Assembly (NCBI RefSeq): GCF_000023965.1
Contig: NC_013202.1
Span: 2,970,001-3,002,000 of the forward strand
Reading direction: 5' to 3'
Source: Halomicrobium mukohataei DSM 12286
GTDB taxonomy: Archaea > Halobacteriota > Halobacteria > Halobacteriales > Haloarculaceae
Length of the DNA stretch: 32,000 nt
A program made the position numbers and the translations under genes. Each line of letters opens with the position of its first letter. Position 1 is the first letter of the stretch. This document shows positions 7,403 to 15,943 of the stretch, one piece after another. Under the pieces are notes generated by a model that ran no database searches, was not told the origin of the DNA, and saw nothing but the letters and a program-made list of their open reading frames with translations.

Positions 7403-8260
7403 CTATTGTAGTGGCCGCGGCAGCGCGGTGAACGTCACCTGGGTCGGGCTGAACGGATCGTACACCGACTGGTGGCACTGGCAGTACACCTTGTCTTCGG
7501 CGTTGTACGCGGCAGCGCCCGAGAGCGTCTTGTAGCCGGGAACACAGCAGAAGTGGGTACACTTGTTGACCCAGGCCATGAACGACTGTTCGGTCGCCTC
7601 GGCGAAGTACTGCTGGACCGGGCCGGGGATGCTGGAGTACTTGCCTTCCCCGTTCGCGATCTTGGGGACCTCCGGGGATCGGAGGACCTGGACGGTGATG
7701 TTCTGTACGTCACCCTCGGACCGCCAGTTCGCGGTCGCGGGTTTGCCCAGTCCTTCGCTCCCGATGTCGTTGCCCCACTCCTCGTAGTCGTCGAACATGT
7801 CGACCGTGAGGGGGTCGCCGTCGGAGTACTCGGACTGCCAGTCGTAGTCACCCGTCGTCATGGTGAACGTGTTGTTCTGTTCGGCCTGTGGCTGGACGCC
7901 CTCGGCCGTCTGGAGTCCACAGTACTGGAGCATCTGCGAGGAGTAGGGGATACCGCTGCCCCCGAAGTCGTCCTCGATTGCGATCCCGCGCTCGGGGTCG
8001 TACTCGGGCCAGTGACCCTGTAGCTCCCCGCTCTCGATCGTGATCGGGATGATCGGCATACCTCGTGGAGCCGGACCCGCCGTGTTTTCGATCGCGACGT
8101 AGGTCGAGGAACCGCCACCGACACCGCCCGACGAGGTCGTGGTTTCGAGGGCCGCCGCGCCGCCAGCGCCGACGCTCGACAGCGTCGCGCTCCCGACGAC
8201 GCCCTTGACGAACCGTCGACGGCCGGATTCGGCCGGATACTTGTCTTCGTCTAGTGGCAT
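7403..8260 (-). CDS. Rieske [2Fe-2S] protein with a Tat signal
   Basis: The twin-arginine signal is GRRRFVKGVVGS. The Rieske boxes are CTHFCC and CQCHQS. Confidence 0.9.
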   Translation of the reverse strand: MPLDEDKYPAESGRRRFVKGVVGSATLSSVGAGGAAALETTTSSGGVGGGSSTYVAIENTAGPAPRGMPIIPITIESGELQGHWPEYDPERGIAIEDDFGGSGIPYSSQMLQYCGLQTAEGVQPQAEQNNTFTMTTGDYDWQSEYSDGDPLTVDMFDDYEEWGNDIGSEGLGKPATANWRSEGDVQNITVQVLRSPEVPKIANGEGKYSSIPGPVQQYFAEATEQSFMAWVNKCTHFCCVPGYKTLSGAAAYNAEDKVYCQCHQSVYDPFSPTQVTFTALPRPLQ

Positions 8261-8262
8261 AG

Positions 8263-8679
8263 TTATTTCTTGTAGTAGGGGTAGACCGCTCGTTTGATGC
8301 TCTCGACGGGATCGTCACCGCCGAAGGACTCGCCGTCGACGTCTTCCTCTCGGATGTAGAGGTCTTCCCACTTGCGACGACGCTTCTTGACGATCATCAC
8401 GTCGGGGAGGAACTCCTTGCGATACAGCAGCATGATAAAGGCGAGGTCGACGAAGATCACGGTCAACACGCCGCCCATGAACATGTTGGCGTTGATGAGC
8501 CGCGATGTCAGGGACGGCCCGACGCCCGAGGCCCAGCCCGCGAGGATGCCGTAGGTGAACAGACCGACGAAGACGACCTCGATGATCGTCAGGAGGACGA
8601 TCCCCAGGGCTGCCGCCGTACTCTCTCGTGGCTGTTCGTAGCGATGAATGTCGCCGTAGTTAGAGCCTGTCGAGGACAT
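8263..8679 (-). CDS. Small integral membrane protein encoded between the halocyanin and Rieske genes
   Basis: It has 3 hydrophobic helices. Its start shares 1 nt with the halocyanin stop (TGATG), and its stop lies 2 nt before the Rieske start. Confidence 0.7.
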   Translation of the reverse strand: MSSTGSNYGDIHRYEQPRESTAAALGIVLLTIIEVVFVGLFTYGILAGWASGVGPSLTSRLINANMFMGGVLTVIFVDLAFIMLLYRKEFLPDVMIVKKRRRKWEDLYIREEDVDGESFGGDDPVESIKRAVYPYYKK

Positions 8680-9353
8680 CAGTTGTTCCCTCCTTTGGTG
8701 TTCGCCGATTCACCGTACTTCAGCAGGTAGAACGTGAAGATCGTCGAGACGACCATCGCGAGTCCTGCACCGATACCGACCCAGTGGGGCTGGATCGGCA
8801 CACCGGCTTCCTCGGGATCGAGGGTCTCGACTTCACCGCCGCCGTCGCCGCCGGAGTCAGCCGTGGGGTAGTCGGAGCCGACGACGATGGCACCTTTCAT
8901 GTTGAGGCTCTTGTGGGGCACACAGTAGTACGGGTAGATACCGTCCTCTTCGAAGGTGTGCTCGTACTCGACGCCGGTCGTGTCGACGGCGTCGCCGGAG
9001 TCGAGCGGTCCGTCGCCGTCGGAGACGACGTTGTGTCGGCCGCCTTCGCCGGTCCACTCGAACTGGACGGTCGCACCGTTGTCGACGTGGACCGCTGCTG
9101 GCCCGAAGCCGAAGGCACCGCCGTTTGCCTGGACGCCGACCTCGACGGTCGTCGAGTCCTGCCCCGTGGCGTCGACGGTCTCGCCGTCGAAGTTGCTCAC
9201 GCTGCCTAACCAGTCGCCGTAGTCCGGTGTGCCGCCACCGCCGCCGCCGTCGCCGCCTTCCTCCTCCTGGGCGACGGCAGCACCGGTGGCGCTGGCGGCC
9301 GCGGAGGCCCCAGCGACACCTCCGGCAGTCCGGACAAACTCCCGCCTATTCAT
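8679..9353 (-). CDS. Halocyanin (type-1 blue copper protein) with a Tat signal and a C-terminal TM anchor
   Basis: The start is the ATG at 9353 (MNRREFVRTAGG...). A Gly-rich linker follows. The copper-site motif is YYCVPHKSLNMKG (Cys-His-Met), and the C-terminal helix is GIGAGLAMVVSTIFTFYLL. Confidence 0.9.
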   Translation of the reverse strand: MNRREFVRTAGGVAGASAAASATGAAVAQEEEGGDGGGGGGTPDYGDWLGSVSNFDGETVDATGQDSTTVEVGVQANGGAFGFGPAAVHVDNGATVQFEWTGEGGRHNVVSDGDGPLDSGDAVDTTGVEYEHTFEEDGIYPYYCVPHKSLNMKGAIVVGSDYPTADSGGDGGGEVETLDPEEAGVPIQPHWVGIGAGLAMVVSTIFTFYLLKYGESANTKGGNN

Positions 9354-9381
9354 AGACGTGCTGAACTCAGGACCGAATTTG

Positions 9382-9387
9382 TATAAA
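9382..9387 (-). promoter_or_regulatory. TATA box (TTTATA on the minus strand) of the halocyanin/bc operon
   Basis: GGGTTTATACAAATT lies ~29 nt upstream of the ATG at 9353. Confidence 0.55.
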
Positions 9388-9414
9388 CCCACCGAATACC
9401 GCCAGCAGGCACCG

Positions 9415-10278
9415 TTATCCTTCGTGTTGACCGTCCTCACTCTCCCCGGAACTGTCGGGTTCCAGCGCCGGTACGAACTCCGGACGCTCTCCGTCCGAGA
9501 GGCCGATCGCCCGGAGCCGATCGCGGTACTCCTCCGAGCGGAACTTGTCCGAGAGGCGGGCGTTGGCGACCACCAGGAAGAGCACGAGCGCGATCGCCAG
9601 GAACGCCAGCCCGGCGACGATCAGTAGGACCGGGCTCGCACCCGCACCGCCGATCTGATCGATCGCTGCGAGGAAACCGCCGCCGAGCAGTACGATCCCG
9701 GCGAGCAACTGGATCCCGGCGATCAGCTGGAGCATCCAGTTGCCAAGCTCGCTGCCCCCCTCGGGGACCTCGTCCGGTTCCGGGAGCGGGTCGTCGCTGG
9801 GCGGTTCCGGCACGTCGTAGTCGTCCATCGAACAGAGCGCGACGGTCGGCTTCACGTCGCGCAGCACCGTCCCGTGCCCCTCGACGGTCCCGTCGGGAAA
9901 GACCAGCGCGTACCCCTCGTCGGAGTACGCGAGCACGCGCTGGGGGTCCGTGTGGCGTTCGACGCGGGCGAACACCTCGCGGGTGGCGACGCGCGAGCGG
10001 AGGTCGTCGGCCACCCGATCGAGCAGCGCGCCACCGGTGATCCAGCTCTCCTCCTCGAAGGCGACTTCCCACTCTTGGGCGGTCATCTTCGCCATGTCCT
10101 CGGGGCCGAAGTCGTCGAAGTCGTACTTCTCTTCGACCTCCGCCCGGAGCGCCTCGACCGACGCCTCGTCGGTGGCTGACCCGGACGACTGCTCGCCGTC
10201 GGCGTCGATCCCGCTGTCGGCTGTCGCCCCCTGCTGGTCGGCGTCGTCTCCCGGCGGCGTCGATTGCGGGTCGGCCAT
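9415..10278 (-). CDS. Conserved haloarchaeal protein: acidic soluble domain plus C-terminal 2-3 TM helices
   Basis: The ATG-initiated ORF begins with an Asp/Glu-rich N-terminus and continues with LIAGIQLLAGIVLLGGGFLAA...LLIVAGLAFLAIALVLFLVV. Confidence 0.7.
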   Translation of the reverse strand: MADPQSTPPGDDADQQGATADSGIDADGEQSSGSATDEASVEALRAEVEEKYDFDDFGPEDMAKMTAQEWEVAFEEESWITGGALLDRVADDLRSRVATREVFARVERHTDPQRVLAYSDEGYALVFPDGTVEGHGTVLRDVKPTVALCSMDDYDVPEPPSDDPLPEPDEVPEGGSELGNWMLQLIAGIQLLAGIVLLGGGFLAAIDQIGGAGASPVLLIVAGLAFLAIALVLFLVVANARLSDKFRSEEYRDRLRAIGLSDGERPEFVPALEPDSSGESEDGQHEG

Positions 10279-10392
10279 GTGGCGACGCTAGGTCCCAAAG
10301 GCTCTTGTGCTTTCTGACATCACCGCTGTCGCCGTCCGGCAACGCGATCGGGGCTCCGGCACGTTTTAGCGCGGGCTTTCCCTAGGTTGGGT

Positions 10393-10878
10393 ATGCCGGT
10401 CTCCGACGCCCTCGTCGCGACGATCGTCTTCCTGGCCGTGACCGCGAGTCTCCCGTGTTTCCTCTACGGTGCGTACTACATCATCGAGACCGAGCCCGTC
10501 ACCTGGGGGGTCCTGATGCACCACCTGAAGTTCGTCGTCACCGGCCTCGTGTTGACGACGGTGCCGATGCTGGGCTGGATGCTGCCCCGGCTGCCCGACC
10601 AGTTCGGTGGCCTCTCGGCGCTCCACGCCGTCCTCGGACTACAGGCGTACGCGATGCTGTTGTTCGGGATGACGGGGATCGTCCGCATCTTCAAAGCGAA
10701 GTACGAACACGACCTCTACGAGGAGTACGATCAGGACCTGCTGCTCGACGAGATCGGCGGCGACCGGATGGACCACTGGCGCAGTCGCCTCCGGATCGGC
10801 GTCTTCGGTTACGTGATCTTCTGGCTGCTGGCCTACGTGGTCGGCGTCGTCCGCTACGTCATCAGATACCTGCTGTGA
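10393..10878 (+). CDS. Integral membrane protein (4 TM) divergent from the bc-linked cluster
   Basis: The start is the ATG at 10393 (MPVSDALVATIVFLAV...). TTTTAG at 10364-10369 lies ~27 nt upstream. Confidence 0.7.
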   Translation: MPVSDALVATIVFLAVTASLPCFLYGAYYIIETEPVTWGVLMHHLKFVVTGLVLTTVPMLGWMLPRLPDQFGGLSALHAVLGLQAYAMLLFGMTGIVRIFKAKYEHDLYEEYDQDLLLDEIGGDRMDHWRSRLRIGVFGYVIFWLLAYVVGVVRYVIRYLL

Positions 10879-10897
10879 CGGGCCGACACGCACCCGA

Positions 10898-11584
10898 TCA
10901 CGACCAGGGCTCGCCGCTGGCGAGGTCCACGTCGCCGTCGCCCTTCTGGGACGGACAGATGTCGGCCAGCACGCAGTCGCCGCAGTCGGGGTTGCGAGCG
11001 TCACACACCGCGCGGCCGTGGTCGATCAGCAGGTGTGTGAACTGCTGCCACTCCGACTCGGGGACGATCGGCATCAGGTCTTCCTCGATCGCTTCGGGGC
11101 GCTCTTCGTCGGTCAGTCCCAGTCGTCGCGTGATGCGCTGGACGTGCGTGTCGACGACGATCCCCTCGACCACGTCGTGGCCGTGCTGGAGCACGACGTT
11201 GGCCGTCTTACGTCCCACGCCCGGCAGGTCGGTGAGCCCGGACATGGTGTCCGGCACCGCCCCGTCGTACTCCTCGACCATGATCTGGCCGGCCGCCGTG
11301 AGGTAGCCGGCCTTGTTGTTGTGGAACGTGATCCCGTAGATGTCCTCGGCCAGTTGCTCCTCGTCGGCCTCGGCGTAGTCGCGGGCGGACTGGTACTTCT
11401 CGAAGAGGTCTGCGGTCACTTCGTTGACCCGTTCGTCCGTACACTGCGCCGAGAGGACGACGGCGACGAGCAGCTCCAGTCGACTGGCGTAGTTCAGCGA
11501 GATCGCGGAGTCGGGATACTCCTCGTGCAGTCGCCCGATGACTTCCTCGGCCTGTGCCTCCCGCGTCGCGAGCGTCGTGCCCAT
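10898..11584 (-). CDS. nth: Endonuclease III (HhH-GPD DNA glycosylase/AP lyase)
   Basis: It has the HhH motif LPGVGRKTANVVL, the motif DTHVQRITRRLGL, and the [4Fe-4S] cluster loop CDARNPDCGDCVLADIC. Confidence 0.95.
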   Translation of the reverse strand: MGTTLATREAQAEEVIGRLHEEYPDSAISLNYASRLELLVAVVLSAQCTDERVNEVTADLFEKYQSARDYAEADEEQLAEDIYGITFHNNKAGYLTAAGQIMVEEYDGAVPDTMSGLTDLPGVGRKTANVVLQHGHDVVEGIVVDTHVQRITRRLGLTDEERPEAIEEDLMPIVPESEWQQFTHLLIDHGRAVCDARNPDCGDCVLADICPSQKGDGDVDLASGEPWS

Positions 11585-11764
11585 AAGCGTGGGTCGGCCC
11601 GGCGGGGCTTGAGCGATTCGACTCCGGCATGCCTGGCGATACCTGTGACCGCCGACGGAACCACTGCGAACAACCAGAGAGTTCCACCCTCCGGCCGGTC
11701 GGTCGGCCGACAGTGATCGAAGGGGCGATTCTACGAGCGGGACGCCAGTCTCGCTCTCGACAGT

Positions 11765-12226
11765 TCAGAGGGACGCGAGTGTCCCGAGCACGTCGTCGAT
11801 CGGCGGATCTGGAGCCGGACCGTCCGCACGCCACGCGAACCTGAACCGACAGGAGCGGTCGACGACGAACAGCGCGTGCCGAGGCCGCCGGCCCCCTGGC
11901 GTCTCCGCGAGGGCGTCGTACCGCTCGGCGAAGAATGCGTTCGGGTCCGCGAGCAGCGGGAACGGGAGATCGAGGTCAGTGGCCAGCGCTCCGACGGTGT
12001 CGAGATCGGCGACGACGACCCCGAACACCGAGAGCCGGTCGATCGATCGCGACCAGTCGACGACCGCGAGATTTCGGAGGAGCGCCGTCCCCGCGTCGTC
12101 GGGCGCGACGAAGGCGACGACGACAGGCGCTTCGCTGGCCGCCGCCGAGAGGCGATAGGTCTGGTCGCCGTCGGCGGTCGGGCGCGGGAGGTCGAAGTCC
12201 GGAGCGGGATCGCCGGCATCGAGCAT
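11765..12226 (-). CDS. Redoxin / BCP-peroxiredoxin-fold protein lacking the catalytic cysteine
   Basis: The start is the ATG at 12226 (MLDAGDPAPDFDLP..., the typical Prx N-terminus). It also has ...VVVAFVAPDDAGT... and ...LPFPLLADP.... The position of the peroxidatic TxxC carries no Cys. Confidence 0.65.
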   Translation of the reverse strand: MLDAGDPAPDFDLPRPTADGDQTYRLSAAASEAPVVVAFVAPDDAGTALLRNLAVVDWSRSIDRLSVFGVVVADLDTVGALATDLDLPFPLLADPNAFFAERYDALAETPGGRRPRHALFVVDRSCRFRFAWRADGPAPDPPIDDVLGTLASL

Positions 12227-12335
12227 ACCGAAACGGAGGGGCGACCGGCACAAGAAAGCGCGGTGTGTCTGAAAATGCGGTACCACGAACCACACCGGGG
12301 AAACACTCAGGTGTGTCTCACCGGTGGGTTGGCGT

Positions 12336-12869
12336 ATGCCCGGCCCAGTGTTCATCGACGGCGACGGCGTCGAGTTGCGGACGATCGAGCGCGAAGACCT
12401 CGACTTCTGTCGGCAGACCCTGAACGATCCGGCGGTCCGTTCGGGACTCGCCGCGACCGATCCGCTGACGAGTAGCGACGAAGAGGAGTGGTACGAGCGC
12501 CACGTCGTCGAGGGAGACGACGTGCACTTGCTGGTCTGTGACGACGGCGAACCAGTGGGGACCGTCGGCCTCAACGGCGTCAACGAGACGTTCGGCAACG
12601 CGGAGCTTGGCTACTGGATCGCCCCCGACTACCACCGGAACGGCTACGCGACGGCGGCGGCCCGAGCGCTCGTCGACTACGCGTTCACGGAGCGGCGGCT
12701 CCACAAGGTGTACGCCAACGCCTTCGCGTTCAACGAGGGATCCCAGCGTGTCCTCCAGAAGGTCGGCTTCGAGCGGGAGGGAGTCCACCGAGAGCAGGCC
12801 TTCATCGACGGCGAGTACGTCGACGTGTACCGATACGGCCTCCTGGCACCCGATCACACGGCACCGTGA
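12336..12869 (+). CDS. GNAT family N-acetyltransferase (RimJ/RimL-like)
   Basis: Motifs are ELGYWIAPDYHRNGYATAAARALVDYAF and NEGSQRVLQKVGFEREG. I take the ATG at 12336; the GTG at 12324 is an alternative. Confidence 0.85.
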   Translation: MPGPVFIDGDGVELRTIEREDLDFCRQTLNDPAVRSGLAATDPLTSSDEEEWYERHVVEGDDVHLLVCDDGEPVGTVGLNGVNETFGNAELGYWIAPDYHRNGYATAAARALVDYAFTERRLHKVYANAFAFNEGSQRVLQKVGFEREGVHREQAFIDGEYVDVYRYGLLAPDHTAP

Positions 12870-12903
12870 GGTTCATGCGCGCGAGCGGAGTATCACCTCG
12901 CGT

Positions 12904-14346
12904 ATGATCGAACTGACGGGTGACCACACCACGGCCCGGGTCATGGTCGAGGACGAGTCGCTGGTCGAGGAGAACTGCCTCGACCAGATCCGGACGCTGA
13001 TCGACCACCCCGCGTTCACCGAACCGGTCCGCGTGATGCCAGACACCCACTGGGGAGCCGGCGCACCGATCGGCTTCACGATGCCACTCGGCGAGCGCAT
13101 CGTCCCCAACATCGTCGGCGTCGACGTGGGCTGTGGGATGGCCGCGACGAAGTTGGGCTCGACGCTCCCGCTCTCGGACGCCGAGCGCGAACGCCGCGTG
13201 CGCGAGGCGATTCCGATGGGCCAGACCGTCCACGACTACGACGACGCGGTCCACCTGGTAGAGGAGTTCCCCTTCGAGCGGGCCAACGAGGTCTTCGAGG
13301 CGTTCGCGGCCAGCTTCGAGGAGCGGTTCGGCACCGCGATCGATCCCCTGGAGTTCGACTTCGAGGGCTACGACGCCGACTACTTCGAGTCGCTCTGTGA
13401 GCGGGTGCTGGCCCAGCAACGCCAGAGCATGGGCTACGTCATCCGCGGGGTCGGGACGCTGGGCGGTGGCAACCACTTCGTGGAGTTCGCTCGCGCCCAG
13501 ACGACCGGGGACTACTGGCTGATCGTCCACAGCGGCTCGCGATACCTGGGCAAGTCGGTCGCCGAGTACTGGCAGGGCAAAGCGACCGAGCGGCGCAACG
13601 TCGCGACGATCCGCGATTCACTCCCGGAGCGGTACCACGAGTACCTTCAGTTTGACCCCACGGCGGTCTCGGATCGAGACCTCTACGAGTGGGTCACCGG
13701 CGGCAAGGGCGAGTCTCACCTCCGGAAAGACGCCATCCGCGAGGCGTTCGACGGCGGCGAGATCGAAGACGTCTTCGACCGGCTGAGCGATCTCCGGCCC
13801 GACAGCGGCGACCGCAACACCGACCTCGACTACCTGGTGGGCCGGGAGGCCCACGGCTACTACGTCGACATGCTGTTCGCCCAGCAGTACGCCCGCTGGA
13901 ACCGCGCGGTCATGTCCGACCGGATCTGCGAGGTCATCGGCGTCGAGCCCGTCGAGCGCTTCCAGTCGATCCACAACTACGTCGACTTCCGCGACCTGAC
14001 GATCCGCAAGGGCGCGACGCCCGCTCGCGAGGGCCAGCGACTGATCGTCCCCTTCAACATGGCCGAGGGGTCGCTGCTGGCACGCGGGCGGGGCAACGAC
14101 GAGTGGCACGACACGGCCCCCCACGGCGCGGGCCGCGTGATGGGCCGAGGCGAGGCCCACCGCACCGTCGACATGGACGAGTTCGAGGCGGCGATGGAGG
14201 GCGTCTACTCCGAGTCCGTGGTCGAGTCGGTCCGCGACGAGGCACCGATGGCCTACAAGTCCGCCGACGCCATCGCCGACGCGATCGAACCGACCGCCGA
14301 GGTCGAAGACTGGCTCGACGCCGTCCACAACCTCAAGGCGAAGTAG
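12904..14346 (+). CDS. rtcB: RNA 3'-phosphate/tRNA-splicing ligase RtcB
   Basis: The start is the ATG at 12904 (MIELTG...). Motifs are MPDTHWGAGAPIGF, GVDVGCGM, GGGNHFVE and a C-terminal HGAGR. The upstream part of the ORF (12538-12903) overlaps the GNAT gene in another frame and is low-complexity. Confidence 0.92.
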   Translation: MIELTGDHTTARVMVEDESLVEENCLDQIRTLIDHPAFTEPVRVMPDTHWGAGAPIGFTMPLGERIVPNIVGVDVGCGMAATKLGSTLPLSDAERERRVREAIPMGQTVHDYDDAVHLVEEFPFERANEVFEAFAASFEERFGTAIDPLEFDFEGYDADYFESLCERVLAQQRQSMGYVIRGVGTLGGGNHFVEFARAQTTGDYWLIVHSGSRYLGKSVAEYWQGKATERRNVATIRDSLPERYHEYLQFDPTAVSDRDLYEWVTGGKGESHLRKDAIREAFDGGEIEDVFDRLSDLRPDSGDRNTDLDYLVGREAHGYYVDMLFAQQYARWNRAVMSDRICEVIGVEPVERFQSIHNYVDFRDLTIRKGATPAREGQRLIVPFNMAEGSLLARGRGNDEWHDTAPHGAGRVMGRGEAHRTVDMDEFEAAMEGVYSESVVESVRDEAPMAYKSADAIADAIEPTAEVEDWLDAVHNLKAK

Positions 14347-14351
14347 CGTCG

Positions 14352-14603
14352 ATGCAGATTACAGCCCCGCACTCGATCGACCTGTTCCACATCCTCTTCA
14401 GCTGGCCGATAATCCTCACGGCGTATCTGGGGACCGTCCTCGTCTACGTCGACGCGCGCCGCCGCGGACTCCGAGCGAAGTCCTGGGCGGTCGTCACGTT
14501 TCTCGCGGGACCGCTCGCACTGACGGTGCTGGTCGTCTACTGGATGCACACCAGGGAGCGAACGGGACCGTTCGATCCGATCGGCCGCCAGGGCGAGCCG
14601 TAG
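14352..14603 (+). CDS. Small 2-TM membrane protein (PLD-N-terminal-domain-like)
   Basis: The protein is MQITAPHSIDLFHILFSWPIILTAYLGTVLVYVDARRRGL...WAVVTFLAGPLALTVLVVYW. It starts 6 nt after the rtcB stop. Confidence 0.6.
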   Translation: MQITAPHSIDLFHILFSWPIILTAYLGTVLVYVDARRRGLRAKSWAVVTFLAGPLALTVLVVYWMHTRERTGPFDPIGRQGEP

Positions 14604-14659
14604 TCCGGGACGGCGCGGTGCCACGAGAGCAGCGACGCCGACGCTGGTGACGCGCCCAG

Positions 14660-15802
14660 CTACAGCCCCAGTTCCCGTCCCAGTACGAGCCGCTGGATCT
14701 CGCTGGTTCCCTCGCCGATCTCCATCAGCTTGGCGTCGCGGTAGAACCGCTGGGGTGCGAAGTCGGTCGTGTAGCCGTAGCCCCCGAGCACCTGGACGGC
14801 GTCCTCGGCGACCTCCCGGCAGATCTCGCTGGCGTCGAGTTTCGCCATCGAGGAGAGCCGTCCCACGTCCTCGCCGGCATCGTACTTCGTGGCGGCCTTG
14901 TGGGTCAGCAGTCTGGCCCGCTCGATCTTGCGGTCCATCTCGACGAGCATGTCCCGGACGGCGTCGAACTCGCCGATGGGCTGGCCGAACTGTTCGCGCT
15001 CTTTCGCGTATTCGAGGGCGGCTTCGAACGCGCCCTGTGCAAGCCCCACGGAGAGGGCGGCGATCGAGATACGCCCGCCGTCCAGCGTCTTCTTCGTCTG
15101 CTCCCAGCCGTCGCCGGGCTCGCCCAGCATTCGGTCTGCCGGAATCCGGCAGTCGTCGAACCGGATCTCGCAGGTCGGCGAGGCGTTGAGGCCCATCTTC
15201 TCCCACTCCGTCGTCACTTCGAATCCGTCGTCGGCCTCGGGATCGACGAGAAAGGTCGAGATGCCGTCGTAGCCCGCGTCCGGTTCGGTGACGGCCTTGA
15301 CGACGAGCGAGCCGGCGACCGAGGCGTTGGTGATGAACTGCTTGGTGCCGTCAAGCACCCACTCGTCGCCCTCTCTGGTCGCGGTCGTGCTCATGTCGCT
15401 GGCGTCGCTCCCGCTCTCTGGCTCGGTCAGCGCCCAGCCGCCCAGATACTCCCCCTCGGCCAGAGGCCGGAGCCAGCGCTCGCGCTGGTCGTCCGTGCCG
15501 AACAGCTCGATCGGCTTCGAGGCCAGCGAGACGTGGGCTGCGTAGGAGAGCCCGATCGAGCCGGACACTCGGCCCAGTTCCTCCGTCACGAGGGCGTACA
15601 TCAGCTGGTCGCCGCCCAGTCCGCCCCACTCCTCGTCGATGGGGACCCCCATCACGTCGAGTTCGGCCAGCTGATCGAAGATCTCGGCGGGGAAGCGGTG
15701 CTCGTCCTCGATCTCCTGGGCGATGGGCTCGATCTCGGCCGCACAGAACTCACGGACCGAATCGCGAATCATCCGGTGTTCGTCTGGGAGGGTAAAGTCC
15801 AT
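14660..15802 (-). CDS. Acyl-CoA dehydrogenase
   Basis: Motifs are GGWALTEPESGSDA and the C-terminal EIGEGTSEIQRLVLGREL. I take the ATG at 15802 (MDFTLPDE...), which has CTATATG ~28 nt upstream at about 15827-15833. Confidence 0.92.
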   Translation of the reverse strand: MDFTLPDEHRMIRDSVREFCAAEIEPIAQEIEDEHRFPAEIFDQLAELDVMGVPIDEEWGGLGGDQLMYALVTEELGRVSGSIGLSYAAHVSLASKPIELFGTDDQRERWLRPLAEGEYLGGWALTEPESGSDASDMSTTATREGDEWVLDGTKQFITNASVAGSLVVKAVTEPDAGYDGISTFLVDPEADDGFEVTTEWEKMGLNASPTCEIRFDDCRIPADRMLGEPGDGWEQTKKTLDGGRISIAALSVGLAQGAFEAALEYAKEREQFGQPIGEFDAVRDMLVEMDRKIERARLLTHKAATKYDAGEDVGRLSSMAKLDASEICREVAEDAVQVLGGYGYTTDFAPQRFYRDAKLMEIGEGTSEIQRLVLGRELGL

Positions 15803-15871
15803 GTCACCGCCTTCGAGGCGAGCAAACATATAGCATGGTGGCGGCTGGCGTCAGAACCGCTTTGATACGGT

Positions 15872-15938
15872 TTATTGTAGTTGCGTGCCGGCGATCGTCG
15901 CCACGGGGTAGACGATCGCCGGTACGTCGCTACAATAA
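15872..15938. promoter_or_regulatory. Long imperfect inverted repeat (28-nt arms, 11-nt spacer) in a divergent intergenic region
   Basis: The arms are TTATTGTAGTTGCGTGCCGGCGATCGTC (15872-15899) and GACGATCGCCGGTACGTCGCTACAATAA (15911-15938). Of 28 positions, 24 are complementary. The outer ends are AT-rich. Confidence 0.6.
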
Positions 15939-15943
15939 TTCGT

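Noticed and set aside
12538-12903. An N-terminal extension of the RtcB ORF
   Set aside because: It overlaps the GNAT gene in a different frame and is Ser/Thr/Arg-rich low-complexity sequence. RtcB homology starts at the ATG at 12904.
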